A DNA stretch of 64,000 nt, from the IMG/VR virus record IMGVR_UViG_3300029955_000001, one strand, 5' to 3'. The translations under genes and the position numbers were made by a program. This document shows, piece by piece, positions 53,728 to 64,000 of the stretch (positions are counted from its first letter, which is position 1; every line of letters begins with the position of its first letter). Under the pieces are notes generated by a model that was not told the origin of the DNA, searched no databases, and saw only the letters and a list, made by a program, of their open reading frames with translations. The DNA comes from a virus (lineage: Duplodnaviria; Caudoviricetes).

Positions 53728-54233
53728 TGTTGTTTTTTCCTTTTTCCAGTAGCAAATTATAAGTCGTGTAGATATTTTTTAAAGTTTTTAATCTTTAAAA
53801 AAGAAGACGGCATAAAAAAAAGGGTTCCAGTTGTTTAGACCGGAACCCATAAAAAGAATTATCTAGCGAGGAGAGCACTAGATAACGTGCGGCGACGCAC
53901 ACAACAAGATAACATTAACTCAGACAACTTTGCCTTGTTCAGCATCTCTACCCGAAAAGGAATAACGAGGAAATGCACAGACTAAGCTACATTGCCCATT
54001 TCATTAAGTTATATATAAGGAGTAAAAATATAACTTAATGAACCTAGGAGTTAATGCTCTCTTAGCACTATTTCATTTGATAAATTTCAAACAAAACTTC
54101 TTAACAGTGATCCAACGGAGGTAAAAACCACTATTAAGCAAACCGGGTGTGCCAAACCCTTTACTGTCAAACAATTAATGTTCCCAATAAAAAATAACTG
54201 AAAAACATTAGTTGCTCTACATACAATACATTT

Positions 54234-54632
54234 TTAACTTATACTGAGTGTGAACGCGTTATAACCGTTCGCTACTAAACAAGAATTGATACGCGCTATG
54301 TCTGCTTGACTAACATTTGTAATTGTAGCTACAATTGTATTTGTCTCAGTTAACACCACGGTAGAATCGTTAATCCACGGAATACCAAGAACAACTGAAA
54401 CTCCTGCGGTTGTTGTTATTTTAATATAGTTATACTGCTTTGGATCGTTTGGTGTTCCTACCGGAAGTGATGGATAAACAGCCACATGTATCGCCTGAAT
54501 AGGTCTATCTCTATTAGCCATTTCATAGTTCATAACGGCATCAACAACAGCATCGACATAACCAGAACCCAACACAGGAACAGCGAATAGATTAAACGTG
54601 TACGCTTGACCTATTTGAAAGTTTGTAGACAT
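54234..54632 (-). CDS. Conserved small protein upstream of the DNA polymerase
   Basis: 132-aa ORF with the LGIPWI motif. Confidence 0.55.
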   Translation of the reverse strand: MSTNFQIGQAYTFNLFAVPVLGSGYVDAVVDAVMNYEMANRDRPIQAIHVAVYPSLPVGTPNDPKQYNYIKITTTAGVSVVLGIPWINDSTVVLTETNTIVATITNVSQADIARINSCLVANGYNAFTLSIS

Positions 54633-54647
54633 GATGATCCTAAATTA

Positions 54648-55829
54648 TTAATTGAAGAATTTTTTAAGAACAATATCGTTCCCTAACATACAATCATAAG
54701 TGTATGGAAATTCTAATTGCCCTATTCTATTTTTTTCGTATGCGCCTAAATTACGCACTGCGTTATATATACCCATAGCCAAAATGTGCGTAGCGTTTTT
54801 TACAAGACTAAACAAAATAGGATCAGATATATAAGAGGTATTGCGCATACGATTAAGTTCAGGAAGTCTAGATAAATCATTAAAACAATTTTCTTCCCCA
54901 TCTAATAAGATAAAAATTATTTGAGTAATAATCTCTACCACATCATCTCTTCCAAATACATTAGCTGTTTTATTACAAAATTCTTTTACCAATTCTCTAC
55001 TGTTCAGTATAATGAGAACGTCTTTATTAGTCTGCATGTTACATCACTATCTAATATTCAGCATTCAGGTAGTTCTAGTCGTGTCAGTAAAATGTCGTTT
55101 CCCAATAATTGAACAAATTGATAAAACAGATAACCATTACGATAAGCATTAAGTCGTTTTAAGTCACTGTATATTTTTGACGCAAACTCAGACATTGCTT
55201 CGGCGGTGTCGTCGGCATCTTGTGCAAAAGCGGCACCAAGATGATACCTAGCAGCACACTGACAGCTAGCATCAATGTTTAAATTTGTATTGCTATTATC
55301 GTACGACATTGCTTCAAAAATTGTTTCCAATACATCTTCTTCAGTTACTTCGATTTCTATAAGTGCTTTTATTTTTGTACGTAAAAATTTCACTAGATTA
55401 CGAGTATCTAGGATAACATAGTCTGGTAATTTCATTTCGTTTATTTTATTTATTTTTCTCGAATACGATAGTATTGGCATTTAACATTCTCCTTAGTGCG
55501 TATGGAAAGTAGTTGTCACTATAAGCATTAATAGCAATCAGTTTATTTTTTATTTGATTACCTAATTTATTTACAGCGTTTATTACTCTTTCTTCTGCAC
55601 CGTTATCATTGTCATAGTTTTCAGATAGACCTATACCTTTGCTCATAAGGAACGCGGTACAGGTCAATCGAACAGTTGAGGTTGGTAAGTAATTAATTGA
55701 ATTTGTTATTTTTACTAAAGCTTCATCAGCTTCGATGACAGGCATGTCTAGTTCACACACTATTGACCTAAAAGCGTTAAGCTCGCTCTTAAGTTCAATA
55801 ATTAAATAATCCGGAAATTTATTATTCAC
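54648..55829 (-). repeat. Three tandem paralogous small genes (54648..55037, 55058..55480, 55446..55829)
   Basis: Shared C-terminal pattern I-x3-(L/V)-x2-(L/I)-x-A-Y...(F/L)(P/F)Y...(M/L)L-x-N-x-I(V/L). Confidence 0.7.
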
Positions 55830-56711
55830 GATATATCTTTATAATTGCAATTAGATCACTACCAAACCATTTAGATTGTTCAATAGAAACATCATATATT
55901 TCTTTCATAAAAATACCATACATCATTGAATTAACAGCTTCTTCAATTAAGTCTACCACAACTTCAATTAGTAAACTATTATCAGGATAACAAGAATAAT
56001 CCGCTAAACGTGCTTCGTTAGAAAGAGAATATTGTTGTAGTATTGATTCTTTTAAAGGACTAAATGCTGGGTGTTTAATTCCTATTTTCTTATTTTGAAG
56101 ATAATCTAGAAACAAATACCCAGCACTCATAGTAACGGTGTTGCTAATTACTCCTTTTATTCCGTTCTCATAAAAAGAGAATACCGAATCAAACTGTTTA
56201 ACTTGTCTTAGTATCTCAGCGGTAGGTAATAGATATGCCGACATTAAATACCCTCACAAATCAATCGTTGTAATCAACTGGGAACGTAATAACAACATCT
56301 CTAAGGTTACAAAAATCCATACTGTATCCTTCTAGATTATCAAATGTTAATTCTGGGATATGCGCTGCTATTGCATCTATTGTTAATTTAAATATATTCA
56401 GAGACAACTCTACGGCTGTGTCTGAATCTAATCCTTGTTGAATAAGCAATTTCGTAGATGGTCGAAATCGTTTATTCGAATCTATCATTACTGCACTATT
56501 CACTATTTCATGCACTAATAACGACATGTATTCACCAGCGTTATAATTAAGTGCGTTGTTACTTTGCAATAAAGACAATTGGCCGTTTGCTCTGCCGTTA
56601 TTTGTGTTAGCTATATATTGAGCATATTCTGAAATTGTTTGTTTAAGAACACCCACTGGTTCTGCAAGTGAGAGCAATACTTGTTTAGGCTTAATCATTC
56701 TCTATCATCTT

Positions 56712-57356
56712 TCATGACCATTCGCCTTCTGTTATTCTGCGCTGCCAGTCCCATATTCTAAAATCACAACACTTTTCAATGTAGTAATCTCCTCTATTTA
56801 CTTTTAGAAAATGCATCAACCATGTATCTTTGTCAATAAATTTAATAATATTTGTTCTTAAGTCAACTAAAGTAGATACGATGTTATTTACAATATCATT
56901 TAGAGTTTCATCGTTATGGTATTCTGGCTTAATAAACTCACGCCATATTTCTTCATAACTGGCTTGATCTCTGTGTAACCAAACATTTAACCATGCTGAC
57001 TTATCATCTAAAGTCTTTTGAACGAAGGCTTTTATTATTTGCATACCTATTGTTGGCACTGTTGGTTCTTCTGATAACTGCTTTACGTTTTTACTTGTAA
57101 CAACAATATCGCCAGATTGATTAAACACTTCACTTACAATATCACTTAAACTCATAATTGGTGTTTCGACTATTGTCCCATCTTCTTTCTTTTCTTTTTT
57201 ATAATAGTAATTACCAGGACGTAACACAGCGTCAGATTTACCACGTATATAAATACCTTTATCAAAAGGTATCAAGTATTCTTTAAATTTTTCTTCTATG
57301 TGTGAAGCTAATTCTTTTGGATTAAATATAAGTGTACTGGTTACTGGGATGTTCAT
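56712..57356 (-). CDS. Hypothetical protein
   Basis: 214-aa ORF in a tight operon. Confidence 0.55.
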   Translation of the reverse strand: MNIPVTSTLIFNPKELASHIEEKFKEYLIPFDKGIYIRGKSDAVLRPGNYYYKKEKKEDGTIVETPIMSLSDIVSEVFNQSGDIVVTSKNVKQLSEEPTVPTIGMQIIKAFVQKTLDDKSAWLNVWLHRDQASYEEIWREFIKPEYHNDETLNDIVNNIVSTLVDLRTNIIKFIDKDTWLMHFLKVNRGDYYIEKCCDFRIWDWQRRITEGEWS

Positions 57357-57923
57357 AAATAAAATGAATAGTTAAATTGTTTCATCTCTGCGAAGTACTG
57401 AATATACAGGTCTCGCCCTCTCATTACTATTTCAATTTCATTGTGATCAGAATAAATTCGTGGTGCTTTTATATACCAACTAAATACTTTACTTAATCCA
57501 GTTGGCAAGCTAGTATCAAGATAATCTCTGACATTTATGTGTGGTCTACGATTATGAATGTGATTTATGTCAAACAAATTATAAGTCATCTCTATTTCTT
57601 CAGCAATTATCCATTTGACGATATCTTCTTCATCTGCTGGATATGCTTCTAGTATAGGTTCAAAGTATGGTTTTATGTAATGAATAAACTCTTGGATGTC
57701 TTGTATCAAAATTGCCCTGCCAACAGTCATTATAACTCCCTAGGGACTCTCAAATGATTAGCTTGTTATGTTTTTTTATACAATAATATTAAAACGGCAT
57801 ATAGCCTAAAGTTTCTTCACAACCCTTAATCCGCCGTTAGTAAACGCCCCGCAGCATTTGACTAGTTAATTGGAAAAAAGGTTGTGAAGAAACTACCATC
57901 TTAATTTGATGGTAGTGAACTAC

Positions 57924-58943
57924 TTACAGAACAAGTCCTGTATCGGTATCTGGCTGATCTACTTTTGTCAAGATGCTTTCACTTGCTAAACGTGCTTTTT
58001 GTCGCGCAGCCGCGTCTGCTAGAATTTTTGACAGGTGATTGTATTCACCTTTAATAATTCCATCACTAGTAACAAAGTGCATTGGAATACGGCCCTTCAG
58101 CGTGTCAGTACAGCTTTCTGGGATATAACCATTACATTGATAATCTGGAGTGATTGGGAACGGTGTTGTCATTCCTTCTACAGCCAAGGTAGCAACGCTG
58201 ATAATGTTTCCAATGTTGCTAGGGATATCATCGGTCTTTTCAATCAACGACAACGCGACGAGCTGTGGTGTCTTGAACGAAGTCACTTTGTTGAAATTCA
58301 ACCAATGAGCTAGATCTTTAGAATCCAACTCTAGATTTTCACGGGAGAACAAAACACATAAACCAGTGATAATTTCAATGATGCCGCGATCAGCAACAAT
58401 GCGTGGATCTGGGTCATCGCGTGATGTTACGTTCTTATTTTGGACGTAATACATCACAACAGGCAATTTACGCAAGCCTGCAATTGACTCATACGACTTC
58501 AATGTCTTCAGTGTGTTTTCAGCAGCAAGAGCCGATTCAATTCCGCCAATAGCAATACAAACTGTTGGTGTATTTTGTTCTAACAATTCACTCATGATCA
58601 ATGGCGCAATAACAGAACCAGAGCCACCGCCTGTTGACGACAGAACAATAGTAAGATCAGCCGATGGAAACTTCTGAAGAATAGCGCGAATGTGACGGCT
58701 AATCTCAGCATGATTTTCACGACGAACCTTTCCAGACCCATCAAGTCCTTCAAGTACATAGGAGTTATCAGAATTGATATGCTTATGTGAATTAGATTTA
58801 CTTGCGTCAACATAAACAACTTGCAGCATTGCAAAGCCATCTTCAACCTGACCTTTATGCTTTTCTAATTGATTACCAATATTCCAACCAGCACCACCAC
58901 AGCAAATAACAAGTACTTCACCTTTTGGCGTCGACATTTCCAT
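57924..58943 (-). CDS. phuZ: PhuZ phage tubulin
   Basis: CGGAGWNIG, GLDGSGK, tubulin signature STGGGSGS, LDSKD, acidic C-terminal tail. Confidence 0.95.
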   Translation of the reverse strand: MEMSTPKGEVLVICCGGAGWNIGNQLEKHKGQVEDGFAMLQVVYVDASKSNSHKHINSDNSYVLEGLDGSGKVRRENHAEISRHIRAILQKFPSADLTIVLSSTGGGSGSVIAPLIMSELLEQNTPTVCIAIGGIESALAAENTLKTLKSYESIAGLRKLPVVMYYVQNKNVTSRDDPDPRIVADRGIIEIITGLCVLFSRENLELDSKDLAHWLNFNKVTSFKTPQLVALSLIEKTDDIPSNIGNIISVATLAVEGMTTPFPITPDYQCNGYIPESCTDTLKGRIPMHFVTSDGIIKGEYNHLSKILADAAARQKARLASESILTKVDQPDTDTGLVL

Positions 58944-59052
58944 TTTCCTTTTTTAATTAATAACAACACGTTGTGCTTTGCATAGAAGACAGCGATTTTG
59001 TAAAATTTGTATCTAATGAGATATTATGATGAATTGTATATACCTCACTATA

Positions 59053-59075
59053 GTGATATATGGTTCAAAACGAAT
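59053..59075 (-). promoter_or_regulatory. Early-type promoter motif upstream of phuZ
   Basis: CATATATCAC core on the minus strand. Confidence 0.55.
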
Positions 59076-59099
59076 AGGTTAACAAATAAAGGAATTGTT

Positions 59100-59906
59100 A
59101 TGTTAAGTGCACTTAGCAAGGCAACGGATGAGTGTAAGTTTAGGATACCAAGAACTATCTTAGACGTCGTATTTATTCGACGTACTCAGAACTGGAAAGA
59201 TTTACCTGTCAGTATAGATGAAATGATTCTTAGAAACGTGATACGCCCACGTGTAATGATAGATTGTAATTTATTAGGCGGTACTGAAGCTTTTATTAAC
59301 TTAGAAGGTGTTCAGTATACCCGTACAGATGATTATACTTCTGTATATAGAATACCAAAAACTTTAACTCAAGGACGTAGTATTATCGTAGTTAAGAATA
59401 TAACATTTACTGATCCTACAAAAATATCTAGCTACGGTATTGCTGCTGGAACACAGAACACTACCATGTTACAGACAGGTAGCGCTGTAATGGATGCTCA
59501 TGGCAGTATACCAGTAACATCAACAGCTCGCGTGCAATTGATTGGTGAGAACGTTGTAATGGTAAGAGATACAGTTGTTTTGCCAGCTAATATTTATTTA
59601 CGTTGCATATTGGAAAATGATGAAACTCTTTCTCATTTACAATTAGCTAGTTATAGGCATTTCTCAGAACTATGTGTCTTAGCTGTAAAAGCATACATTT
59701 ATAATGAATACGTTATTGAAATGGATGTCGGCGAATTATTAGGTGGTATGCAATTAGGTCGATTTAAAGAGATTGTGGATACCTACGCTGAAGCAGATGA
59801 ACTTTATCGTACCTACTTAGTTGAGAAGTGGCAGAAAGTAGCGGTAATGCAAGATACTGAACAATTCACTAGATTGCTCAGATTAATGATAGGTGGAAGC
59901 AGATAG
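59100..59906 (+). CDS. Conserved phiKZ-like protein divergent from phuZ
   Basis: Probable start MLSALSKA with an AAGGA RBS; the longer ORF call overlaps the phuZ promoter. Confidence 0.55.
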   Translation: MLSALSKATDECKFRIPRTILDVVFIRRTQNWKDLPVSIDEMILRNVIRPRVMIDCNLLGGTEAFINLEGVQYTRTDDYTSVYRIPKTLTQGRSIIVVKNITFTDPTKISSYGIAAGTQNTTMLQTGSAVMDAHGSIPVTSTARVQLIGENVVMVRDTVVLPANIYLRCILENDETLSHLQLASYRHFSELCVLAVKAYIYNEYVIEMDVGELLGGMQLGRFKEIVDTYAEADELYRTYLVEKWQKVAVMQDTEQFTRLLRLMIGGSR

Positions 59907-60020
59907 TAAATGCTATATACATAAAAGCCAGGACATCAACCCTGGCTTTTATGCTGCGCTAAAATAAAAAAAAAATAATAAGTTAATAAAGGAGGGGTAA
60001 ACTTCCATCCCCTCCTCACT

Positions 60021-60986
60021 CTAGCTGTACTTCACCGGTAAATCGTTATACTGCTGAATCAGGCTATCGTCTATCCTCCCGATGTTTAAAGACTGACTAG
60101 AACAGTCAGTGCCGATCATCCATTTAAGCTGTTCTTCATTTAATGAAACACAACCATAAGGAAGATGTTTCGTTTCAAATAAAGCCGCACGCAGCTTGTA
60201 TGGTCCACTCCATCGTACTAATGGTTTCCCTATGTTGTCTGGGTACTCCTGCCAAACAGCAACTAAACCAATAATAGATTTAGTAATAATCATCCGGCGA
60301 CCATACGGATCGTAACAATGCCTCTGCTCCCCTCTCTCCAGATAATTGTACGTCTCTCTATCTATTTGCAGGTTATCGAAGCTACCGTTCGGAGATTCCC
60401 ATTCAGGATTATATCTGAACATAATCGGTCCCATGAGTTCGAACTTCTTAATAAACAACTGCATCTCAGGGTAACGATTCAGTAAATTCATCGTTAATGA
60501 ATCCGTGAGGTTATCCTTAACAGTTTTCTGTTCAGTAGTCCTTGGGGTGTGTCGTGTTGATCGCATTACTTCAGGCATGTAATGTTGTTTTGTACTGCCG
60601 TCGCCAAAATTATCAAAACTAACTGAATCCCCATTTGGTTGTAGGACAGTAACTGTCCGTGATACTTCGTTTGGCTCTGGTACAAATAACTTCATACCAG
60701 CAGGTAGTGATTCTTCTATTGGAGACTTAACAATAGGCGTAGGTTCAGCTTTCTTCTCTTCCTGTACTTCTTTCTTAACAGGTTGTGGTTTGGCTTCTTC
60801 CTTATTAATCATACCGGCTTCGGTTAATACAAACTCCACGAAATGAACCAACCATTTTCTTGGATAGATGACAAAGACGACTTTTGTCTTTGGCTTAACG
60901 ATCTTTGTTTGTTTGCTCTTTGATTCTTCTTTCTTTTTGAGTTCCCGCTTATAAGCAGAACTCCATACTTTTGAAAAACTGCTCAT
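60021..60986 (-). CDS. Hypothetical protein
   Basis: 321-aa ORF with an RBS. Confidence 0.55.
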   Translation of the reverse strand: MSSFSKVWSSAYKRELKKKEESKSKQTKIVKPKTKVVFVIYPRKWLVHFVEFVLTEAGMINKEEAKPQPVKKEVQEEKKAEPTPIVKSPIEESLPAGMKLFVPEPNEVSRTVTVLQPNGDSVSFDNFGDGSTKQHYMPEVMRSTRHTPRTTEQKTVKDNLTDSLTMNLLNRYPEMQLFIKKFELMGPIMFRYNPEWESPNGSFDNLQIDRETYNYLERGEQRHCYDPYGRRMIITKSIIGLVAVWQEYPDNIGKPLVRWSGPYKLRAALFETKHLPYGCVSLNEEQLKWMIGTDCSSQSLNIGRIDDSLIQQYNDLPVKYS

Positions 60987-61754
60987 AGCACACTCCTATC
61001 TATAAAAAAAATTGTTCGAAGAGAACTGTTAGATTCTCTTCGATTTTATTTATGCCGCTGATGCAGCTTTTGATACGGCTTGTGCCGCGAGGTCGGCGGC
61101 GTTTGTTTCGGATTCCTTAGTGTTCTTGTCCTTTTCTTCTTGGAGACGCATTTCCGTTACCACATACGCACATCCAAGAAACCCAACAAGAACGCCCATG
61201 ATGAATTTGCCCATGTTATAATACTCCTAAGTTAATGTCTTTCGATTCGATTGTTTTTCCATTAGTCGATTTCTCAACTAATACTTTTACCATCTTTTCA
61301 CGCTGTGCTATTTTATCAGCTTCGGCTTTAGCTAGTCCTGCTTTGACCAAGACTTCACCTTTTAGGTAAATCTTCTGTCCAATTTGTGCACCTATTTGTT
61401 GGACGATACCGCCTATAAATTTCTCAATTAAAACGTTCACGTCCTCTCCTTTTTATTTAGATTAGCGATCACGCTGTATCGCTAATCTAAACGACCTGTG
61501 AGGGCACAGGTCGTCTTGCCGATGTTTGTGGGTTACGCTGCAGGTGCGTCTGTTGCTGGCGCTGGTGTAGCGACATCGCCTACTGTTGCGGTTGTGGTCT
61601 TGTTGCCAAAGCTGATGTGGTCTTTTGCGAAATAGGCAGCTACACCACCAACAACGATAACGCCAAGAGCGATGAGGCCATTCTTCAGATTGATGTTCAG
61701 CATGATATTTTCCTTTTGGGTGAGTAATAAATTTAGATCAAGCAAGAGAATTCT

Positions 61755-61808
61755 TACTAAATCTCACAACTGTTATATATGTCTGAAATATTCTAGGATC
61801 AAGTTTTC
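61755..61808 (-). promoter_or_regulatory. Second promoter-like repeat family, minus strand TAGAATATTTCAGACATATATAAC
   Basis: Near-identical copies at about 5605-5635, 25691-25715, 61755-61808 and 63903-63957, each upstream of a run of small minus-strand genes. Confidence 0.7.
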
Positions 61809-62895
61809 AAACACGCTCCTTACTTACTTTACTACATGTACTTCTACTACAGATTTTTTACAATTACGAACTACGCTGGATTGAGGTTTTCGGTAAACGT
61901 AACATCACTTACCGAATGACTTTCTTTAATGATTGAGGCTACCTTGCTTTCAAACTCCTCCATGAGCCTTCTGGCTTCTTGTGTGTGAAACTTGGCCTCC
62001 TCCATTGTTGTTTCGTCGTCGCAGTTACGTTCACCGGACAACAGCTCTGCTACTTGTTTTGCGATCTTGCGATTGCGAAAAGCAGTTGCTACTATTCCAG
62101 TTACTGCCAAGGTTACTACGCTGCCAATTGCTACGAGGATTTTTGTTTTTGCGGATGTCATGGTAATTATCCTGAAATTGAAATAGTTTGAAATACGAGT
62201 TAAGTTATTTCTTAAAGAAGTATTGTGATTCTACTTCTCTGTGTAGTTCTTTTGTGATCTTGATGATTTTTTTTCATCGCCATTCAAATAAGCTTCTTGA
62301 AGACGATCTTGAAACTTTTGAATATCGGCTTTGCTGAAAGCAAAACCAACTCCATTGTTTTCCTTCAAGATAATTTTCAGATGAACAATAGACCGCATTG
62401 CCGGTATCGTGCTATCTAGCACTTTCTTTTGTTTTTCTTCTTTGTTCTTCGATGAAAAAAGCTTAGCGACGCCACCTCCTATTGCTAGTACGGCTAAGCC
62501 AATAACGGCTTTTATGTTCATGATGCACTCCTGATGTGTTAAGTTATAGATTGTGTTCTGCTTTATAACGACGAAGAGCATCTGGTTCCATATTACGTTC
62601 GTATTCTGCTTCTTGTTCCATTCTAGCGCAATAGCTATTTATCTTGGCTTTATGTTCAGACTCTTTTTTCATTTCAAAATACTTAAGAATAAGAACACCA
62701 CCAGCAATACTAACTACTGCTAATGTTACATGAACTCTCCACATGGCATTCTCCTGATTTAAATGTAAATAATAAAAAAGACCATTAACAATAAATAAAA
62801 CCAACCTTATTGTTAATGGCTGGAAATCGTTTTATGCGTGAGGGCTTTCAAAAGGAGGTTATATGTCCTAATGGCCCTCGGTAAGCACGGATAGA

Positions 62896-63498
62896 TCAGG
62901 AAGTTAAGTTCCTGATTTCAGCAAGGGCCTTCCGGCCAATGTTTGCTATCCGCATCAGATCGTTGTCGCTCATCTTCGACAACATATCCACTGTTACCTT
63001 CCCGCCAAGTTCGTCGGTAAGATTATTCTTGACTCTTACTGATAACTTAGAGTCTTGAATCAGTGTTGTATTAGGCACCCGCGTTAAAACGGCAGCGCTC
63101 TCTGGTACTATAAATCCACGATGTTGAAACACCGCTACTTTATGAGTACCGCCATCAGCCGTAGCTGCCTCAGAGCTTACGCGAAGCGTAAAGGCATACA
63201 TCGGTATGATACCGACCTTGATTAACGCATCTTCCAGCGCTGACATCAGGTAAGGCGCACCTCCAATCATTGCGGAGGTAATGGGTGGTTCACCCAGTGC
63301 TCTTGCGTATTCTCTATGCGCGACAGCTATATCAGCAATGCTGGTCGCTGCCTCACGAATGAAAACTGATGTCGGCATACTGTCAAAGGTCAACAGCGCT
63401 ATGAGTTGAAGCAGGAACCCACCAGTAACATCAACCAAACCAGCGAGCAGCTGGTCCTTTGTTGCTTTGTGTTGCGTTAAATTCAAGATTGCATTCAT
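62896..63498 (-). CDS. Two-domain protein with a C-terminal RNAP alpha-CTD-like domain
   Basis: C terminus KLSVRVKNNL...MSDNDLMRIANIGRKALAEIR; N-terminal domain LNLTQH...MIGGAPYL...YAF...F-x-H-x-GF. Confidence 0.65.
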   Translation of the reverse strand: MNAILNLTQHKATKDQLLAGLVDVTGGFLLQLIALLTFDSMPTSVFIREAATSIADIAVAHREYARALGEPPITSAMIGGAPYLMSALEDALIKVGIIPMYAFTLRVSSEAATADGGTHKVAVFQHRGFIVPESAAVLTRVPNTTLIQDSKLSVRVKNNLTDELGGKVTVDMLSKMSDNDLMRIANIGRKALAEIRNLTS

Positions 63499-64000
63499 TT
63501 TGTTTCTCCAGTATAAAAGGGTGTGGGTTTTTAAAGCTACTCGTGTGAGGGCAGTGGTATATCACTACGCATAGTGACCCGTTTCTCTGACCCTCAGGCT
63601 AATAGCCTAGTGGATAATAATCCAGGATGTTCTTGAAATAAGTTTTGTTGCGTTTTACGAGGCCGCCGCCTAGATACACATTGGATTCCCTTCAAGAGCG
63701 TTAAGAAGTAAGCAAGCTCCCGATTGCTTACTTCTTAACTCATTATCAGTTAGTGCAAACCGTTAAGGCTTAGGCTGCTTTCGCTTTGCGTTTGCCGGTC
63801 CAAATCTATCTCGCCCCTGCATACGACAGTATTGTGCTTTCGCTGGCAATATCAAATCTATATACATTGGTGACAGTTTGTTATAGTGTCTTTCCATATA
63901 ACTACTAAATCTCACCTCCAGTATATATGTCTGAAATATTATAGGATCAAGTTTTTCTCAGACATATACACTGGTTGTTTCTTAGTACCTATTCCAATTA

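Noticed and set aside
61455-61515. Paired hairpins, and the 16-bp stem at 63700-63739, as novel RNAs
   Set aside because: They lie immediately after stop codons and are adequately explained as terminators.
1-64000. tRNA or rRNA genes
   Set aside because: No cloverleaf with T-loop and D-loop consensus and no rRNA signature was seen by eye; a tRNAscan run would be needed to exclude them.

Overview
64 kb of an AT-rich, nucleus-forming (phiKZ-like, Chimalliviridae-type) jumbo phage genome. The core block is recognisable: PhuZ tubulin, family-B DNA polymerase, chimallin, four non-virion RNAP subunits, ChmC-like and PicA-like genes (by synteny), SbcD-like nuclease, SF2 helicase, and a virion RNAP beta-prime subunit. 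Three group I introns are visible. One sits in the second DNA polymerase subunit at the window start. The other two flank a 20-nt micro-exon carrying most of the catalytic NADFDGD motif of the nvRNAP beta-prime subunit. The top finding is a TIGR-Tas-like RNA-guided module at 9033-10650 on the minus strand: a phage promoter motif, then an array with an exact 36-nt period (alternating 9-nt repeats and eight unique 9-nt spacers), a hairpin, and a 452-aa IS110/Nop-like protein with no RuvC or HNH domain. Accessory genes include a 2H phosphoesterase, a NADAR-like protein, two RNAP alpha-CTD mimics, a TPR-sulfotransferase, mucin-like Thr/Pro/Ala/Val proteins, a free-standing HNH endonuclease and a muramidase. 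Several accessory genes carry in-frame TAA stops or homopolymer frameshifts while the long core genes are intact, so local assembly error is possible. All family assignments come from motif recognition and synteny; no database search was run.
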